Shown piece after piece: positions 31,246 to 40,994 of a stretch of 64,000 nucleotides of DNA (its first letter is position 1; every line of letters begins with the position of its first letter). The DNA lies in IMG/VR virus record IMGVR_UViG_3300010158_000051, positions 1-64,000 of that record; one strand, written 5' to 3'. Position numbers and translations under genes: made by a program. The DNA comes from a virus. The notes below the pieces were generated by a model. That model saw only the letters and a program-made list of their open reading frames with translations. It had not been told where the DNA came from and ran no database searches.

Positions 31246-34200
31246 ATGTCTGACTTTGTTCACCTGCATGTCCATTCGCACTATTCGCTTATGGATGGTT
31301 TAAATACACCAAACGAGTTGCTCGTTGCTGCAAAAAATCAAGGTCAGGCATGTTTGGCTATTACTGATCATGGCTCTCTTGCATCTCACAGAGATATGCA
31401 AATTGCTGCAAAAGAACTTGGTATGAAACCGATTCTTGGGCTTGAAGCCTATCTTTCAGAAACAGATCGTTTTGACAAAAGAGCAGTAGCAAAAAGAGAT
31501 GACAATACTTCTTTATATTCTCACATTATCCTATTGGCAAAGAATGATTTAGGTTTAAAAAATCTTCAAAAGCTTTCCCAGATTGCTTGGACAGAAGGTT
31601 ACTACCATAAACCACGCATTGACATGGAAGTTCTTTTTGAGTTTGGTGACGGTATAATTGTATTGTCTGGTTGCATGGGTGGAATTATTTCTAAAGCTAT
31701 AGAGCGTGGGGATAATGAAAAAGCAAGAGAATATACTAAGATGCTAAAAGATCGTTTTGGTAAAGATTTTTATATTGAAGTTCAAGCACATAACCCAGAT
31801 AGTTTAAATACTGCTTTACTTGCATTGGCAGATGAGTTTAAAGTACAGCCAGTAGCAACGGGGGATTGTCATTTTGCAGTTAAAGAAGAACGGGATTTGG
31901 AAGAGCTTTTGCTTATTCTATCTACCAAGCCAACACAAAACAAAGAAGCAGATTATACAAGTGGTCGTTTACGATCTAACATTATTGATAGGTTTGACCA
32001 TCTTTATCCCAATCGCCCTATTAGTTTCGCTGACATTAACGTTTTTATTCAATCCCGCATTGAGATTGAAGAAGACTTTATCAAAGCGGGCATTACACGC
32101 AAAGACATTTATGAATCATCAGTAGAGATTGCTGATAAGATTGAAGCATATGATTTTCACGAAAATCTAGATTTGCTTCCAGTACCAAAAAAGAATGCAC
32201 TAAAAACAGTAAAAGATTTATGTGAAAAGTCTCTAGTAGAAATGGGTTTAGATAATGAGACATATAAAGAAAGACTTAAAGAAGAACTTCAAGTTATTTC
32301 CGATAAAAACTTTGCTAGCTATTTCCTTGTTGTTGGGGATATGGTTGGCTGGGCGAAAGAAAATGAAATCCTTGTTGGACCAGGAAGAGGATCTGCAGCA
32401 GGATCGTTAGTATGTTATTTAATGGGTATTACAGAAGTAGACCCAATTAAATATGATTTACTTTTCTTTAGATTTATTAACCCAGAGCGTAATGACTTTC
32501 CAGATATTGATACAGATTTTATGGATCGTCGTCGTGGTGAGGTTAAAGAATATCTAAGAAAAAAGTTTAAACATGTTGCTTCTATTTCTACATTTCAATA
32601 TTTTAAAGATAAGGGCGTAATTAAAGACGTTGCACGTACTTTTTTAGTTCCGCTTAAAGAGGTTGAAAGAACACTCAAGCATGTTGAAACTTTTGAAGAA
32701 TATGAATCAAGCCCAAACACAGAAGAATTTAGAAAGAAGTATCCTGAAGTAACAAAATATGCATCAATGTTGCGTGGAAAAATTCGTGGTAATGGAATGC
32801 ATGCAGCGGGAGTTGTAGTTGCAAAAGATGATATTAGCAAGTACGTTCCAATTGAAACACGCAAAGACCCAAACGATTCAGTATCTGGGCGTATTCCAGT
32901 TGTTGCATATGACATGGAGCAAACAGCAGACTTAGGTTTGATTAAACTTGATGTGCTTGGACTTAAAACTTTATCAGTTATTGATGACACATTAAAAACT
33001 ATTCAAAAGATTAGCAAGAAAAAGATTGACCTTAAATCTTTAACGCTTGACGATCCTAAAGTATTTGAGATGCTTTCAAATGGATTTACTAAGGGTGTTT
33101 TTCAAGCTGAAGCAACACCTTACACAAACCTTCTTATGAAGATGGGCGTTAGCACATTTGAAGACCTAGCAGCATCTAATGCTTTGGTTCGTCCAGGTGC
33201 AATGAATACTGTAGGTGGATCTTATGTTCGTCGTAAAAAGGGTGATGAAATGATTACATATGCCCATCCAATTATGCATGAATTTACAGAACGTACATAC
33301 GGTGTTATTATTTATCAGGAACAAGTCATGCAAGCTTGCGTTCACTTAGGCGGAATGACTTGGATGGAAGCTGATAAGGTTAGAAAAATTATTGGAAAGA
33401 AGAAAGATGCTAAAGAGTTTGATATATTTAAAGATCAGTTTATTGCGGGAGCAAGCAAACATATTACTCCAGAAGATGCCGCCAAACTTTGGCATGACTT
33501 TGAAGCTCATGCTGGTTATTCTTTCAACCGTTCCCATGCTATTGCTTACTCTATGCTTAGTTATTATACTGCTTGGCTTAAGTGTTATTATCCGCTTGAG
33601 TTTATGTTTGCCATTCTTAAAAATGAAAAAGACAAAGATGCAAGAACAGACTACCTCCTTGAGGCTAAGCGATTGGGAATTAAGGTCTTATTACCCCATG
33701 TAAATGAATCAGAGTTGGATTTTAGTATTCAAGGCAACTCAATTCGATTTGGTTTATCCAATATTAAATATATTTCAGATAACATTGGTAGTAAGATTAC
33801 AACACTAAGGCCTTTTAAAACATATGCAGAATTTATTGATAAAGCTAAAGAAAAGGGTAGCGGTATTAATTCAAGAGCATTAGAATCTTTAAATATGATT
33901 GGTGCTTCTGCTTTTCCAGATAATCCACGTAAGGGTAACGAAAATGAAAACCTTTATGAGTATCTAGGAATTCCAAAGTTTGATACTGGAAAGCTAAGTC
34001 CAGCAATTAAAGCACAAGTCAACCCACTTCAAGAGTTTCTTGAGGAAGGATGCTTTGTTCTTTTAGCAATGGTTAAGTCTATTAAGAAAGGGACGGGATG
34101 GAGCCGTGTAGAGCTTGTAGATGATACAGGATCAGTAGGTATATTCCATAGCGAGAATACGCAGATTGAGACGGGCATGATGTACTTTTTCCTAGTCGGA

Positions 34201-34521
34201 GATAACCGTATTCATAAGTATGTAACTATTGATGATGTTGTAAATAAAACAGATGATGCATTTGTACAATGGCTTTATAGAGACAAGTTAAAGATTGATT
34301 CTGGCAAAAGGTTAGTTCTTGATTTTACACACTATAAAACAAAAGCTAATAAGATGATGGCACATATTATCTTGTCTGATGCAGATAAAAATTTAGAGCG
34401 TGTTATTGCTTTTCCAAAGTTGTACACAAAAGCTCTTGGCAAAATGCAGGCGGGAAGTATTTGTGACCCTGCTATTGCTGAAATGGATGATGGAACGCTA
34501 TACGTAAAGGAGGTAAATTAA
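31246..34521 (+). CDS. dnaE: DNA polymerase III alpha subunit (DnaE-like, with PHP domain)
   Basis: HLHVHSHYSLMDG, TDHG, GPGRGSAAGSLV, PDIDTDF, KLDVLGL and YSFNRSHA motifs. Confidence 0.96.
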   Translation: MSDFVHLHVHSHYSLMDGLNTPNELLVAAKNQGQACLAITDHGSLASHRDMQIAAKELGMKPILGLEAYLSETDRFDKRAVAKRDDNTSLYSHIILLAKNDLGLKNLQKLSQIAWTEGYYHKPRIDMEVLFEFGDGIIVLSGCMGGIISKAIERGDNEKAREYTKMLKDRFGKDFYIEVQAHNPDSLNTALLALADEFKVQPVATGDCHFAVKEERDLEELLLILSTKPTQNKEADYTSGRLRSNIIDRFDHLYPNRPISFADINVFIQSRIEIEEDFIKAGITRKDIYESSVEIADKIEAYDFHENLDLLPVPKKNALKTVKDLCEKSLVEMGLDNETYKERLKEELQVISDKNFASYFLVVGDMVGWAKENEILVGPGRGSAAGSLVCYLMGITEVDPIKYDLLFFRFINPERNDFPDIDTDFMDRRRGEVKEYLRKKFKHVASISTFQYFKDKGVIKDVARTFLVPLKEVERTLKHVETFEEYESSPNTEEFRKKYPEVTKYASMLRGKIRGNGMHAAGVVVAKDDISKYVPIETRKDPNDSVSGRIPVVAYDMEQTADLGLIKLDVLGLKTLSVIDDTLKTIQKISKKKIDLKSLTLDDPKVFEMLSNGFTKGVFQAEATPYTNLLMKMGVSTFEDLAASNALVRPGAMNTVGGSYVRRKKGDEMITYAHPIMHEFTERTYGVIIYQEQVMQACVHLGGMTWMEADKVRKIIGKKKDAKEFDIFKDQFIAGASKHITPEDAAKLWHDFEAHAGYSFNRSHAIAYSMLSYYTAWLKCYYPLEFMFAILKNEKDKDARTDYLLEAKRLGIKVLLPHVNESELDFSIQGNSIRFGLSNIKYISDNIGSKITTLRPFKTYAEFIDKAKEKGSGINSRALESLNMIGASAFPDNPRKGNENENLYEYLGIPKFDTGKLSPAIKAQVNPLQEFLEEGCFVLLAMVKSIKKGTGWSRVELVDDTGSVGIFHSENTQIETGMMYFFLVGDNRIHKYVTIDDVVNKTDDAFVQWLYRDKLKIDSGKRLVLDFTHYKTKANKMMAHIILSDADKNLERVIAFPKLYTKALGKMQAGSICDPAIAEMDDGTLYVKEVN

Positions 34522-34739
34522 TGACTGAAGAAACAAAGCAAGATATTAACAATATTAATATCTCTATTGAACAAATTATTGCAGCAATTCTTAACAAGGT
34601 TGGGAAAATGGAACTTACTTTGCAAGAATTATTAACTGATTATTCATCTAAGAGTATTGCGGTTAATCAAGATCCAGATACTCAAATGGTAACATTTGAA
34701 ATGGCAGATGTGCCAGAAACAGAAAACGAAGAAGTTTGA
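34521..34739 (+). CDS. Hypothetical acidic protein
   Basis: Coupled ORF with RBS GGAGG. Confidence 0.55.
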   Translation: MTEETKQDINNINISIEQIIAAILNKVGKMELTLQELLTDYSSKSIAVNQDPDTQMVTFEMADVPETENEEV

Positions 34740-34753
34740 TATAATAGGTATAT

Positions 34754-35008
34754 ATGTCTAAAGCTTACATACTAAAAGGTACGCAAGAAGAATACCTTTT
34801 AGTTATTAGAACGGAAGATGAAAAAGCAGTCTATAAAATAATAGACTTTTTAGCAACAAGTAAAAATGAACAGGTACAACAACTGGCTATCGAATTAGAG
34901 AAGAGTATGAATGATAACGGAAGAGATTCTAGCAAAGCTAGACCCGAAGACAAGAGCAAGAGTACAGCTAGCAACAAAAATAAGCGTAGAAAAACAAAAG
35001 ACTCCTAG
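34754..35008 (+). CDS. Hypothetical protein
   Basis: ATG shortly after TGATATAAT (34737-34745). Confidence 0.5.
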   Translation: MSKAYILKGTQEEYLLVIRTEDEKAVYKIIDFLATSKNEQVQQLAIELEKSMNDNGRDSSKARPEDKSKSTASNKNKRRKTKDS

Positions 35009-35909
35009 TATTGGTTTAAACTTAGCACTCAAAGGTGGACTAGGTTTTGGTCGCCAAGTAATGATTTGGGGTAACAAGTCTGCGGGTAAGTCATCTTTTT
35101 GTTTGCAAATGATTGCTGATGCACAAAAAAATGGAAAGACGTGTGCTTGGATTGATGCGGAAGCATCATATGATGTAGCTTGGGCTAAAACTTTGGGTGT
35201 TGATTCAGATTCACTTATTTATTCGCAAGCTAAATCAATTAATGACATGGTAGATGTTGCAACTCAGCTTATGGATGCTGGTGTTGATATAATTGTAGTT
35301 GACTCTATTTCAGCACTACTTCCCGCAATTTATTTTGAAAAGGACAGTACAGAGTTAAAGAAGCTTGAAGATACTAAGCAGATTGGTGCGGAAGCAAAGG
35401 ATATGACCCATGCGGTCAAAATGTTAAACTATGCCAATAAAAACACGCTACTGGTTCTCATTTCACAACAACGTAATCAGTTTGGTAGCATGCATGCCTC
35501 CCACATCCCCACAGGTGGAATGGCGGTCAAATTCTTTTCATCTACGATCATTAAGCTTTGGTCGTCAGAAGCTGAGGCGAATGCTATTAAATCTGGCATT
35601 CAAGTTGGTGATAAGATTATTGAACAAAAAGTCGGACGACCAGTCAATTGGATTGTTGATTACAATAAACTCGGACCGCCAAATCTCTCAGGACAATATG
35701 ACTTTTACTACCAAGGTGATTCACTGGGAGTAGATTCTATAGGTGAAGTTTGCGACGTTGCAGAAATGATGGGAATCATTCAAAAAGGCGGAGCATGGTA
35801 TACAGTTGGAGAAGAACGTTTTCAAGGACGTGCTAAAGTTGTAGACTATTTAAAAAATAATCCTAAGATAGTTGAAGAATTAAGAGGCAAGATTTATGAC
35901 AAGTCTTGA
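34911..35909 (+). CDS. recA: RecA/UvsX-like recombinase
   Basis: GNKSAGKS, WIDAE, IVVDSISAL, TGGMAVKF and GAWY motifs. Confidence 0.93.
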   Translation: MITEEILAKLDPKTRARVQLATKISVEKQKTPSIGLNLALKGGLGFGRQVMIWGNKSAGKSSFCLQMIADAQKNGKTCAWIDAEASYDVAWAKTLGVDSDSLIYSQAKSINDMVDVATQLMDAGVDIIVVDSISALLPAIYFEKDSTELKKLEDTKQIGAEAKDMTHAVKMLNYANKNTLLVLISQQRNQFGSMHASHIPTGGMAVKFFSSTIIKLWSSEAEANAIKSGIQVGDKIIEQKVGRPVNWIVDYNKLGPPNLSGQYDFYYQGDSLGVDSIGEVCDVAEMMGIIQKGGAWYTVGEERFQGRAKVVDYLKNNPKIVEELRGKIYDKS

Positions 35910-36093
35910 AGATTTTTTAAAAAGTAATAAAGTAGAAACAGGTTCTTCTATACAAAAAGAACCAGCAAATGGATCTTTTTCTTGTCAACATGAAGATTGT
36001 GATGAAGTAATTTACGAAGGTACAATTGACAGAAGCAATCATCGCCTAACCTGGACTTGTTCTAGGGGCCACCATTCAAGCGTGGTCGTTTAA
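35896..36093 (+). CDS. Small zinc-binding protein
   Basis: CQHEDC...CSRGH. Confidence 0.55.
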   Translation: MTSLEDFLKSNKVETGSSIQKEPANGSFSCQHEDCDEVIYEGTIDRSNHRLTWTCSRGHHSSVVV

Positions 36094-36398
36094 TGTCAGA
36101 GCGTGGGGAGATAAAAAGAGATGGTGCAAAAGGGCAAAAAAATAGTGGTCGTGGTGACTATCAAAAAGGGGACGCTCAATGGCGTAATTTTTTGGTTGAT
36201 TACAAAGAGTATTCAAAATCAATCTCGATATCAAAAGACATTTGGGCAAAAATTTGTACTGACACTTTTAAGGTGGACAGAAATAAATATCCAGTCCTTA
36301 AGCTCATACTTGGCGAGAGCACTAAAACGAGACTTGCGGTAATAGAATGGGCGTTACTAGAACAACTGATAGACTGTTGGGAGCAGCATAATGAGTAA
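36093..36398 (+). CDS. PD-(D/E)XK Holliday-junction-resolvase-like protein
   Basis: NSGRG..KGD......VDYKE. Confidence 0.7.
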   Translation: MSERGEIKRDGAKGQKNSGRGDYQKGDAQWRNFLVDYKEYSKSISISKDIWAKICTDTFKVDRNKYPVLKLILGESTKTRLAVIEWALLEQLIDCWEQHNE

Positions 36399-36573
36399 GT
36401 ATGAAATAACTGATTTTCAAGAATGGTTAGAGTTTGGTCATTCTAAAGGTTGGGTAAGCGATGTGTTTTGCAATACACATGACGGTGGACCAATGACTGA
36501 TGAAGAATCACAGGAATGGGAAGAAGGCGGAGATCCTTGCATGTTCTGCGTTAGGGTGAATGAACTTGACTGA
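36391..36573 (+). CDS. Hypothetical protein
   Basis: GWVSDVFCNTHDG...GDPC. Confidence 0.55.
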   Translation: MSKYEITDFQEWLEFGHSKGWVSDVFCNTHDGGPMTDEESQEWEEGGDPCMFCVRVNELD

Positions 36574-36892
36574 GAAACCTTTAATTGAATTGATTAGTGA
36601 AGTAACTGAATTCAATGATATAAAAGAGTATATGAATGATCCAGATTTAGATTATGCTCTTGATTTAATTATTAAACTTATTACTAAGCCTGATGTTCCA
36701 TCTTCAAAAGCTCCCGACCTTATTATTAAGATGCAAGCGTTGGGTGCAAAGTTTGCCATGCTTTCCAGATTCTACACCACCTTTGAAAAAGGCGGGGAGA
36801 ATTCAAAGAAGAAGAACGTATATTACACAGCAGAAGAAGCAATTAATAGACTAGTGGATGCTCTTAAGTATTCAGCAAGGTATGGAGCATAA
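36560..36892 (+). CDS. Hypothetical helical protein, possibly a recombination mediator
   Basis: Coupled ORF between the resolvase and exonuclease genes. Confidence 0.5.
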   Translation: MNLTEKPLIELISEVTEFNDIKEYMNDPDLDYALDLIIKLITKPDVPSSKAPDLIIKMQALGAKFAMLSRFYTTFEKGGENSKKKNVYYTAEEAINRLVDALKYSARYGA

Positions 36893-37674
36893 TGGCTAGA
36901 GAGATTATAAGTAATTTAAAATTCCAGAAAAACCATGAGCCTGGAAGTTTTGATGTAAACGAGTTTGCACTCATGGTAGAAAAGGCATATACAGATGGAG
37001 AACAAAGAGATCCCTTCACTCAAAAGAAGACGTTTAGCCCCAGTACTATTGGTTATGGTCACGGTAACTGTGCTAGATATTGGTTCATTGCTTTTACTGG
37101 TGCGGAGTTTGAAGACCAGTTCGATGCTATGGCTAGGGCTAACATGGATAACGGTACGGCTGCTCATGACCGCATTCAGAAAGTCATGGCTAAAACTGGA
37201 GTACTCAAGGCAACAGAAATTGAAATTACCCATGATGATCCTCCGATTCGAGGCTTTGCAGACGCTATTATCGAATGGAACGGAAAAGAAGTAGTAGGAG
37301 AAATCAAGACTGCTAAAGATGAAGTTTTTTCAATGCGAAGAGCAGAAATGAAACCATCAGGCAATCACTTGCTTCAAATTCTTACATACATGAAAATTAG
37401 AAAAGCTGCACAAGGATTTTTGTATTATGAAAATAAAAATGATCAATCAATTTTAATCATTCCAGTTAATGTAAATGAAAGAAATAAAGCAATCATTGAA
37501 GAAGTTTTTGAATGGTTGAGAACAACTTACAAAGCATATACTGATAATACCTTGCCAGAAAGACCTTTTACTAAATCGCAATCGGCTTGTAAGTATTGCC
37601 CAGTTAAAAAGGTTTGTTGGAAAGAAATGGATGAGGGCGAAATTTTTATACCAGCAATGGTGCCACCAAAATGA
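36892..37674 (+). CDS. Cas4-like/RecB-family exonuclease with an Fe-S cluster
   Basis: SPS..G.C.R, GTAAH, GFAD, EIKT, QILTY and CKYCPVKKVC motifs. Confidence 0.85.
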   Translation: MAREIISNLKFQKNHEPGSFDVNEFALMVEKAYTDGEQRDPFTQKKTFSPSTIGYGHGNCARYWFIAFTGAEFEDQFDAMARANMDNGTAAHDRIQKVMAKTGVLKATEIEITHDDPPIRGFADAIIEWNGKEVVGEIKTAKDEVFSMRRAEMKPSGNHLLQILTYMKIRKAAQGFLYYENKNDQSILIIPVNVNERNKAIIEEVFEWLRTTYKAYTDNTLPERPFTKSQSACKYCPVKKVCWKEMDEGEIFIPAMVPPK

Positions 37675-37967
37675 TATGTGCTTACGATAAATGCAACAAT
37701 GAATTTGAGCCAAAAACACACAATCAAAAGTATTGTTCAGATGAGTGTTGCAGAACTGCTACAAATCAAAAGCTTAAAGACGCATATTATGAAAAAAAAG
37801 CAAGGCTTGCTGGAAAGCCAAGAATTTGTAAAACTCAAGGATGCAACGTAGTGCTTAGTAGATATAACGAAGGTCGTATTTGCGATAAGTGCGAGAGTGC
37901 AAAGAGAGAAGAAGAGCGTAAAGCTTTGGTTGAAATGGTGAGAAGTGTCTCTGGCAAAACTCGTTAA
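37671..37967 (+). CDS. Zinc-finger protein
   Basis: C....C..F......QKYCSDECC plus a second C....C...C..C cluster. Confidence 0.65.
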   Translation: MICAYDKCNNEFEPKTHNQKYCSDECCRTATNQKLKDAYYEKKARLAGKPRICKTQGCNVVLSRYNEGRICDKCESAKREEERKALVEMVRSVSGKTR

Positions 37968-38502
37968 ACCAAGATCTAATAGGGTTTTGGGTATAGATGC
38001 TAGCACCAACAACATTGCTTTTTGCCTTATGGAGGATAAAAAAGCAATTAAATGGGGAGAAATAACGTTTGAAGGATCAGATGTTTATCAAAGAATACTT
38101 GATGCAAAAAGAAAAATCAAGGCTTTTAAAAACGAGTTGGATACAGATTTTGTTGCAATAGAAGCAGCCATATCTGTCAAGTCAGTACACACGGGAATTA
38201 AGATGGCATACGTATTTGGTGCTATAATGGGAGAGTTACTTAGTGATAATATGCAAGTGGTTGAAGTTCACCCTATAACCTGGCAATCATATATTGGTAA
38301 TAAAAACTTTAACAAAATAGAAAAGCAGGCAATAAAAGATGAGTTTCCAGACAAATCCGACACATGGATTAAAGGAAAAATCAGAGAGCGTAGAAAACAA
38401 CGCACTATTGATTTTAGTAGAACGTTGGGCGTTGAAACTCAGTCCGATAATGTTGCTGATGCGACGGGAGTAGCTTGGTATGCCATCAATGAAATTATAT
38501 GA
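37945..38502 (+). CDS. ruvC: RuvC-like Holliday junction resolvase
   Basis: VLGIDAS, VAIEA and DNVADA catalytic pattern. Confidence 0.85.
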   Translation: MSLAKLVKPRSNRVLGIDASTNNIAFCLMEDKKAIKWGEITFEGSDVYQRILDAKRKIKAFKNELDTDFVAIEAAISVKSVHTGIKMAYVFGAIMGELLSDNMQVVEVHPITWQSYIGNKNFNKIEKQAIKDEFPDKSDTWIKGKIRERRKQRTIDFSRTLGVETQSDNVADATGVAWYAINEII

Positions 38503-38650
38503 CAGTAAAGACTGGTGTTACAAACGTTATGTCGTAGAAAAGAAAACAATATTAGATATGGCTATGGAAGCTAAATGTAGCCACATGACTATTCAAAGAT
38601 CCTTGCAAAGATGGGGTCTGATTAAGCAGCAAAGAAAATGGACTAAGTGA
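38489..38650 (+). CDS. 53-aa HTH protein missing from the ORF track (MKLYDSKDWCYKRYVVEKKTILDMAMEAKCSHMTIQRSLQRWGLIK...)
   Basis: Fills the gap and overlaps both neighbours; HTH residue pattern. Confidence 0.7.
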   Translation: MKLYDSKDWCYKRYVVEKKTILDMAMEAKCSHMTIQRSLQRWGLIKQQRKWTK

Positions 38651-39300
38651 TACCAGTATTAGCTATACCAGTTTTAAATAGATATGATCTGTTAGATCAA
38701 AACTTAGAAACAATTGATTATCCAGTTAAAGAAATATTAATATTAAATAATGGCAAAGAGCCATATGAGCCTAAGCGTAAAGATTTAAATGTAAGAGTAC
38801 TTAATCTGCCGTCAAATCTTGGCATGTCTGGTTCTTGGAACCTAACCATAAAACTTTACCCACATGAAGAATACTGGATGTTTTCATCAGCAGATACACA
38901 TTGGGTTCCAGGATCTCTTGAAGAATTAAATCGTGCAAGTGGAAAAGAAAAACTTGTTATGACAGTAGAGGGTTGGAGCTGTTTTTCAATTGGAGAAAAT
39001 ATTGTAAGAGAAGTTGGTTTATTTGATGAATTCTTTTATCCAATTTACTTTGAAGACAATGACTACTATGAAAGAGTTATGCGCTCAAGTGTAAAAGACG
39101 GCTATGTAAATGGTACTATAAAAGTTAATGTGCCAGATGGTGCGTCTCAAACTATTAATAGTGATGAAAAGTTAAAGAATAGAAACAATGAAACATTTGT
39201 TGTAAATGAAGCATACTTTAATCAAAAGAAAGAACAAGACTTTAAGATTAATGGTGTTTGGAATATTGATCGTAGAAAGGCTCAAGAATGGCTGCGGTAA
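38647..39300 (+). CDS. GT2-family glycosyltransferase
   Basis: IPVLNRYDLL, ILNNG, NLGMSGSWN and VGLFDEFFYPIYFEDNDY motifs. Confidence 0.85.
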   Translation: MIPVLAIPVLNRYDLLDQNLETIDYPVKEILILNNGKEPYEPKRKDLNVRVLNLPSNLGMSGSWNLTIKLYPHEEYWMFSSADTHWVPGSLEELNRASGKEKLVMTVEGWSCFSIGENIVREVGLFDEFFYPIYFEDNDYYERVMRSSVKDGYVNGTIKVNVPDGASQTINSDEKLKNRNNETFVVNEAYFNQKKEQDFKINGVWNIDRRKAQEWLR

Positions 39301-39950
39301 TTGGTTTACTACCTGCTTCTGGAAGTGCATCAAGATTGGGCGGAATCCCAAAGTTTTGTTTACCATTAACTGATCAACAGAATATATTACAATGGCATGT
39401 AGAGCAAATGCTTAAGGTTTGCGACATAGTAAAGATATCAACTAGAAAATCATGGCTTCCTATTGTAAATCAAATGGATTTGCCACCGACAGCAGTTGTA
39501 TATGAAATTGAACCTTCAACAATGTCAGATGCATTAGTTAAAATGATGGTTAACCCAAACTCTAAATACATTATTGGTATGCCAGATACTTATATGCCAG
39601 GTTCTGACGGAGATTTTTACAGACAACTTGCTTGGTCTGATGCAGACGTAACATTAGCAGCATTCGAATGTCATGAAGATATCAAAGGCAGAGTTGGGCA
39701 GATTAAGTTTGATGAGTTTGGCAGAGTTATTGATGCTCTTGACAAGACCCCAGGTTGTGATTATAATTATATGTGGGGAGCGATGGCTGTACAAAATATT
39801 TATATTGATGAAGAGCTTCCAAATCCAGGCGTTCAAATTATGGATTGGGTTAATGAAGGTAAGGATGTAAAAGCGTTAGTTGCACAAGGCAAGTACCTAG
39901 ATATTGGAACAGTAAATGGTCTTAAAATGTTGTATAGAGAGGAATTATAA
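39288..39950 (+). CDS. Sugar-phosphate nucleotidyltransferase (RmlA-like)
   Basis: LPASGSASRLGGIPKFCLP, GMPD and YLDIGT motifs. Confidence 0.8.
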   Translation: MAAVIGLLPASGSASRLGGIPKFCLPLTDQQNILQWHVEQMLKVCDIVKISTRKSWLPIVNQMDLPPTAVVYEIEPSTMSDALVKMMVNPNSKYIIGMPDTYMPGSDGDFYRQLAWSDADVTLAAFECHEDIKGRVGQIKFDEFGRVIDALDKTPGCDYNYMWGAMAVQNIYIDEELPNPGVQIMDWVNEGKDVKALVAQGKYLDIGTVNGLKMLYREEL

Positions 39951-40291
39951 TGTCGGATTATCCAGATAAAAGCGGATATCAATCTTGGATTACAGATCTT
40001 CAATTAATGGCTACTGGAGCACCTTCAGGTAGCAAGATTATTGTATCCTGTTTAGAAATCATGGAGATGCTTATTAAAAAGAATGTTTCATACGGAGATT
40101 CCGCACTTAGCCCAGTTAGAATATTTGCACAATCTGACAGCATTGAACAAATTAAAATTAGAATTGACGATAAAATCAACCGTGTAAAGAACAATCAAGG
40201 TTTTGCTGGAGACAACGATATTGATGATTTGATTGGTTATTTAATTTTACTTAAAATTGCTATTGACAAAGACAGGTCTAAAGGAGTATAA
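39950..40291 (+). CDS. Nucleotide-modification-associated domain 1 (DUF1599-like) protein
   Basis: KKNVSYGDS...IRIDDKINR...DLIGYLIL. Confidence 0.75.
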   Translation: MSDYPDKSGYQSWITDLQLMATGAPSGSKIIVSCLEIMEMLIKKNVSYGDSALSPVRIFAQSDSIEQIKIRIDDKINRVKNNQGFAGDNDIDDLIGYLILLKIAIDKDRSKGV

Positions 40292-40292
40292 T
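40263..40292 (+). promoter_or_regulatory. Consensus sigma-A promoter
   Basis: TTGACA-18 nt-TATAAT ending 5 nt before the ATG at 40298, so probably leaderless. Confidence 0.7.
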
Positions 40293-40297
40293 AGATT

Positions 40298-40477
40298 ATG
40301 CCTACATATGAGTATGCTTGTATTACATGTGAGACAAGCGAAGAAATAACAAGAGGGCTTAGTGATCCAGAATCATTACCCGCCTGCCCTTCATGCGGAT
40401 ATAGTATGGCAAGGGTTTACAATGCTCCAGGAATTACGTTTAAAGGGTCAGGGTTTTATAAAACAGACAATGGATAA
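40298..40477 (+). CDS. FmdB-family zinc-ribbon protein (59 aa, missing from the ORF track)
   Basis: MPTYEYACITC...CPSCG..M.RVY...GITFKGSGFYKTD. Confidence 0.85.
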   Translation: MPTYEYACITCETSEEITRGLSDPESLPACPSCGYSMARVYNAPGITFKGSGFYKTDNG

Positions 40478-40994
40478 TTCAGTAGAACTTGCAAGTCAGT
40501 TTGATCAAATGAATAAGGTCGTAGAGGAATTGCTTAAAGGCAACTCCCCTGCAAAGATTGCCACAAGCTTAGGGCTGACTAGAGTTCAAGTAGAAAACCA
40601 TGTAAAAAGTTGGAAAAATTTTGTGCAAGATAGCAAAGTTATTCGTGAACGTGCAAAAGAAGCACTTGCTGGAGCAGACGAACATTACAACATGCTTATT
40701 AAAGAAGCGTGGGACGTTGTTCACGAAGCTGGAGTTGCATCAGAACTTAACACAAAAAACGCAGCATTAAAACTTATTGCTGACATTGAGGCTAAACGTA
40801 TTGATATGCTTAACAAGGCGGGAGTCCTTGAAAGCGATTCTATGGCTGATCAGATACTAGAATCAGAAAGAAAGCAAGACTTATTGGTTGGAATATTAAA
40901 GGATGTTACTGCAAAATGTGAACACTGTAAGTGGGAAGTGTCCAAAAGATTATCTCAGGTTACAGGACAAGTTGAAGCAGTAATAGTAGACTAA
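40470..40994 (+). CDS. HTH protein, putative terminase small subunit
   Basis: GNSPAKIATSLGLTRVQV HTH; coupled to the large terminase; likely start MDNSVEL at 40470. Confidence 0.6.
   Translation: MDNSVELASQFDQMNKVVEELLKGNSPAKIATSLGLTRVQVENHVKSWKNFVQDSKVIRERAKEALAGADEHYNMLIKEAWDVVHEAGVASELNTKNAALKLIADIEAKRIDMLNKAGVLESDSMADQILESERKQDLLVGILKDVTAKCEHCKWEVSKRLSQVTGQVEAVIVD

Noticed and set aside
36892-37674. CRISPR-Cas system suggested by the Cas4-like gene
   Set aside because: No cas1 or cas2 and no repeat-spacer array; stand-alone Cas4-like nucleases are common in phage recombination modules.
40362-40469. N-terminal extension of the TerS candidate
   Set aside because: It overlaps the FmdB-like gene in another frame; the ATG at 40470 is coupled to that gene.
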